A stretch of DNA of 64,000 nucleotides from Strigamia acuminata. Taxonomy: Eukaryota. Location of the stretch: positions 31,682,001 to 31,746,000 of the forward strand of contig OX442314.1 of the NCBI GenBank assembly GCA_949358305.1. The letters are read 5' to 3'. Below, one piece after another: positions 62,970 to 64,000 of this stretch; within the stretch, counting starts at the first letter, position 1; every line of letters begins with the position of its first letter. The position numbers and the translations under genes were made by a program. A model generated the notes under the pieces. That model was not told the origin of the DNA, searched no databases, and saw nothing but the letters and a program-made list of their open reading frames with translations.

Positions 62970-64000
62970 TTAATCTCTTTCTGCGAGATCTTTCTTTCTC
63001 TGTTCCTCAATTAATTCAAATGGCACAAGTTCTTGATTCGCAATTTCGTATATGAATCGCAATCGTAATTTGCAAGATTCCCCGAACTGCATCAAACCTC
63101 GGTTTTCTACATATCTCCTTGCAAAATAGAGAATAGTAGGGCCGCAGCTGTCCTCATCAAGCTGGTGCATTCACGGCGGATCCCAGCGAATTAGCCTGTT
63201 GTCAAACTCAACTCCTCCCGAAATTAGAGAAAACTTCAGCGATTCCCACCGTGAATACGTCTTGTCGAGTGGTCCACTTGGATCATATAGGACAAACTGA
63301 GTCGGCGTCTTCCTCCAATCTATCACGAAGAGCTGCCAGTGTTCAGGGATCGGAACTGGGAAAATCCAGATCTTTTTCCCTTTTGATGGAATCCTTCGCA
63401 TTAGCCAATGAATGGCCTCCTTTCTCAATTTGGGATCCACCATTTTGAATACCCAGTCTGACTAGAACGGAAACATCTGAGGATAATGGGTCTCCAACAT
63501 CTGCATTCTGCAGATAATGATCCACTATGCTATCATATGTCCATGATTGCCTTCCCGGAGTCAAATCACCTAACGCCGCCATCTGAGAATTCAACACCCG
63601 AATTGGCGGACTGCCAACAGGCGGAAACGTTAAATCGTTTGGCGGGGCATTGCTGTAATCCAATGCGAGTCCCAGTGCCTGAACCTGTCGTGCCATGTCT
63701 AGCTTCACTCGGTATACCCGAATAGGAGCGGGAAACATGATACTTGGGTCCTGGTACGACTCTCTTTTAGCCAAAGCGATTGCTTTCAGAATATTTTTCC
63801 TGATTTTCGCTTCCTGAATTAACAGTGCATTAGCTCCGTCTCTCCACAGCTGATAATCTGCTACTCACATTAATCCTTTGAGTTTCCTGCCTTTTATTTC
63901 TCTGACCACATTTCGGTGTTCTGTTCGGAGTTCCTCCAAACGACGTTTATTGTGATCGACAGTATGGCGCTTTTCTTTTTCTCGAATTCTCCTCGCCTCG
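62970..64000 (-). pseudogene. Ulp1/C48-like protease gene, frameshifted with a stop
   Basis: SWTYDSIVDHYL; EHWQLFVID; LYDPSG; HQLDEDSCGP. Confidence 0.82.

Overview
Eukaryotic, invertebrate-like repeat-dense DNA with no complete host gene; the organism cannot be determined from the sequence. The dominant feature is a Ty3/Gypsy LTR retrotransposon family on the minus strand. One full-length copy lies at 43323-54114 (623-bp LTRs that read identical, GTAT target-site duplication). A second copy runs off the left edge (1-6616) and is nested in the gag start of a diverged relative (6617-9636). The family has four unusual features: (i) a ~2.2-kb non-coding 5' leader with many compensatory base changes between the two lineages, i.e. 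a large conserved structured RNA; (ii) a tRNA-Pro PBS plus a second LTR motif matching the tRNA-Pro D-arm, shared by other LTR families in the window; (iii) a G_GGA_AAC -1 frameshift site with a hairpin; (iv) a non-env third ORF with a CxxCxGxG zinc-finger motif and a putative internal promoter. The rest is a mosaic of fragments: BEL/Pao, Copia, Gypsy, P/THAP, Tc1/mariner, MULE, YqaJ nuclease, Ulp1-like proteases, PC4-like domains, a TRAF MATH pseudogene and an SLC6 exon. About 25 of these oriented pieces lie on the minus strand and only 2 independent ones on plus, as expected for a uni-strand (flamenco-like) piRNA cluster. Boundaries of degraded remnants are approximate, and domain calls are by motif recognition, not by search.
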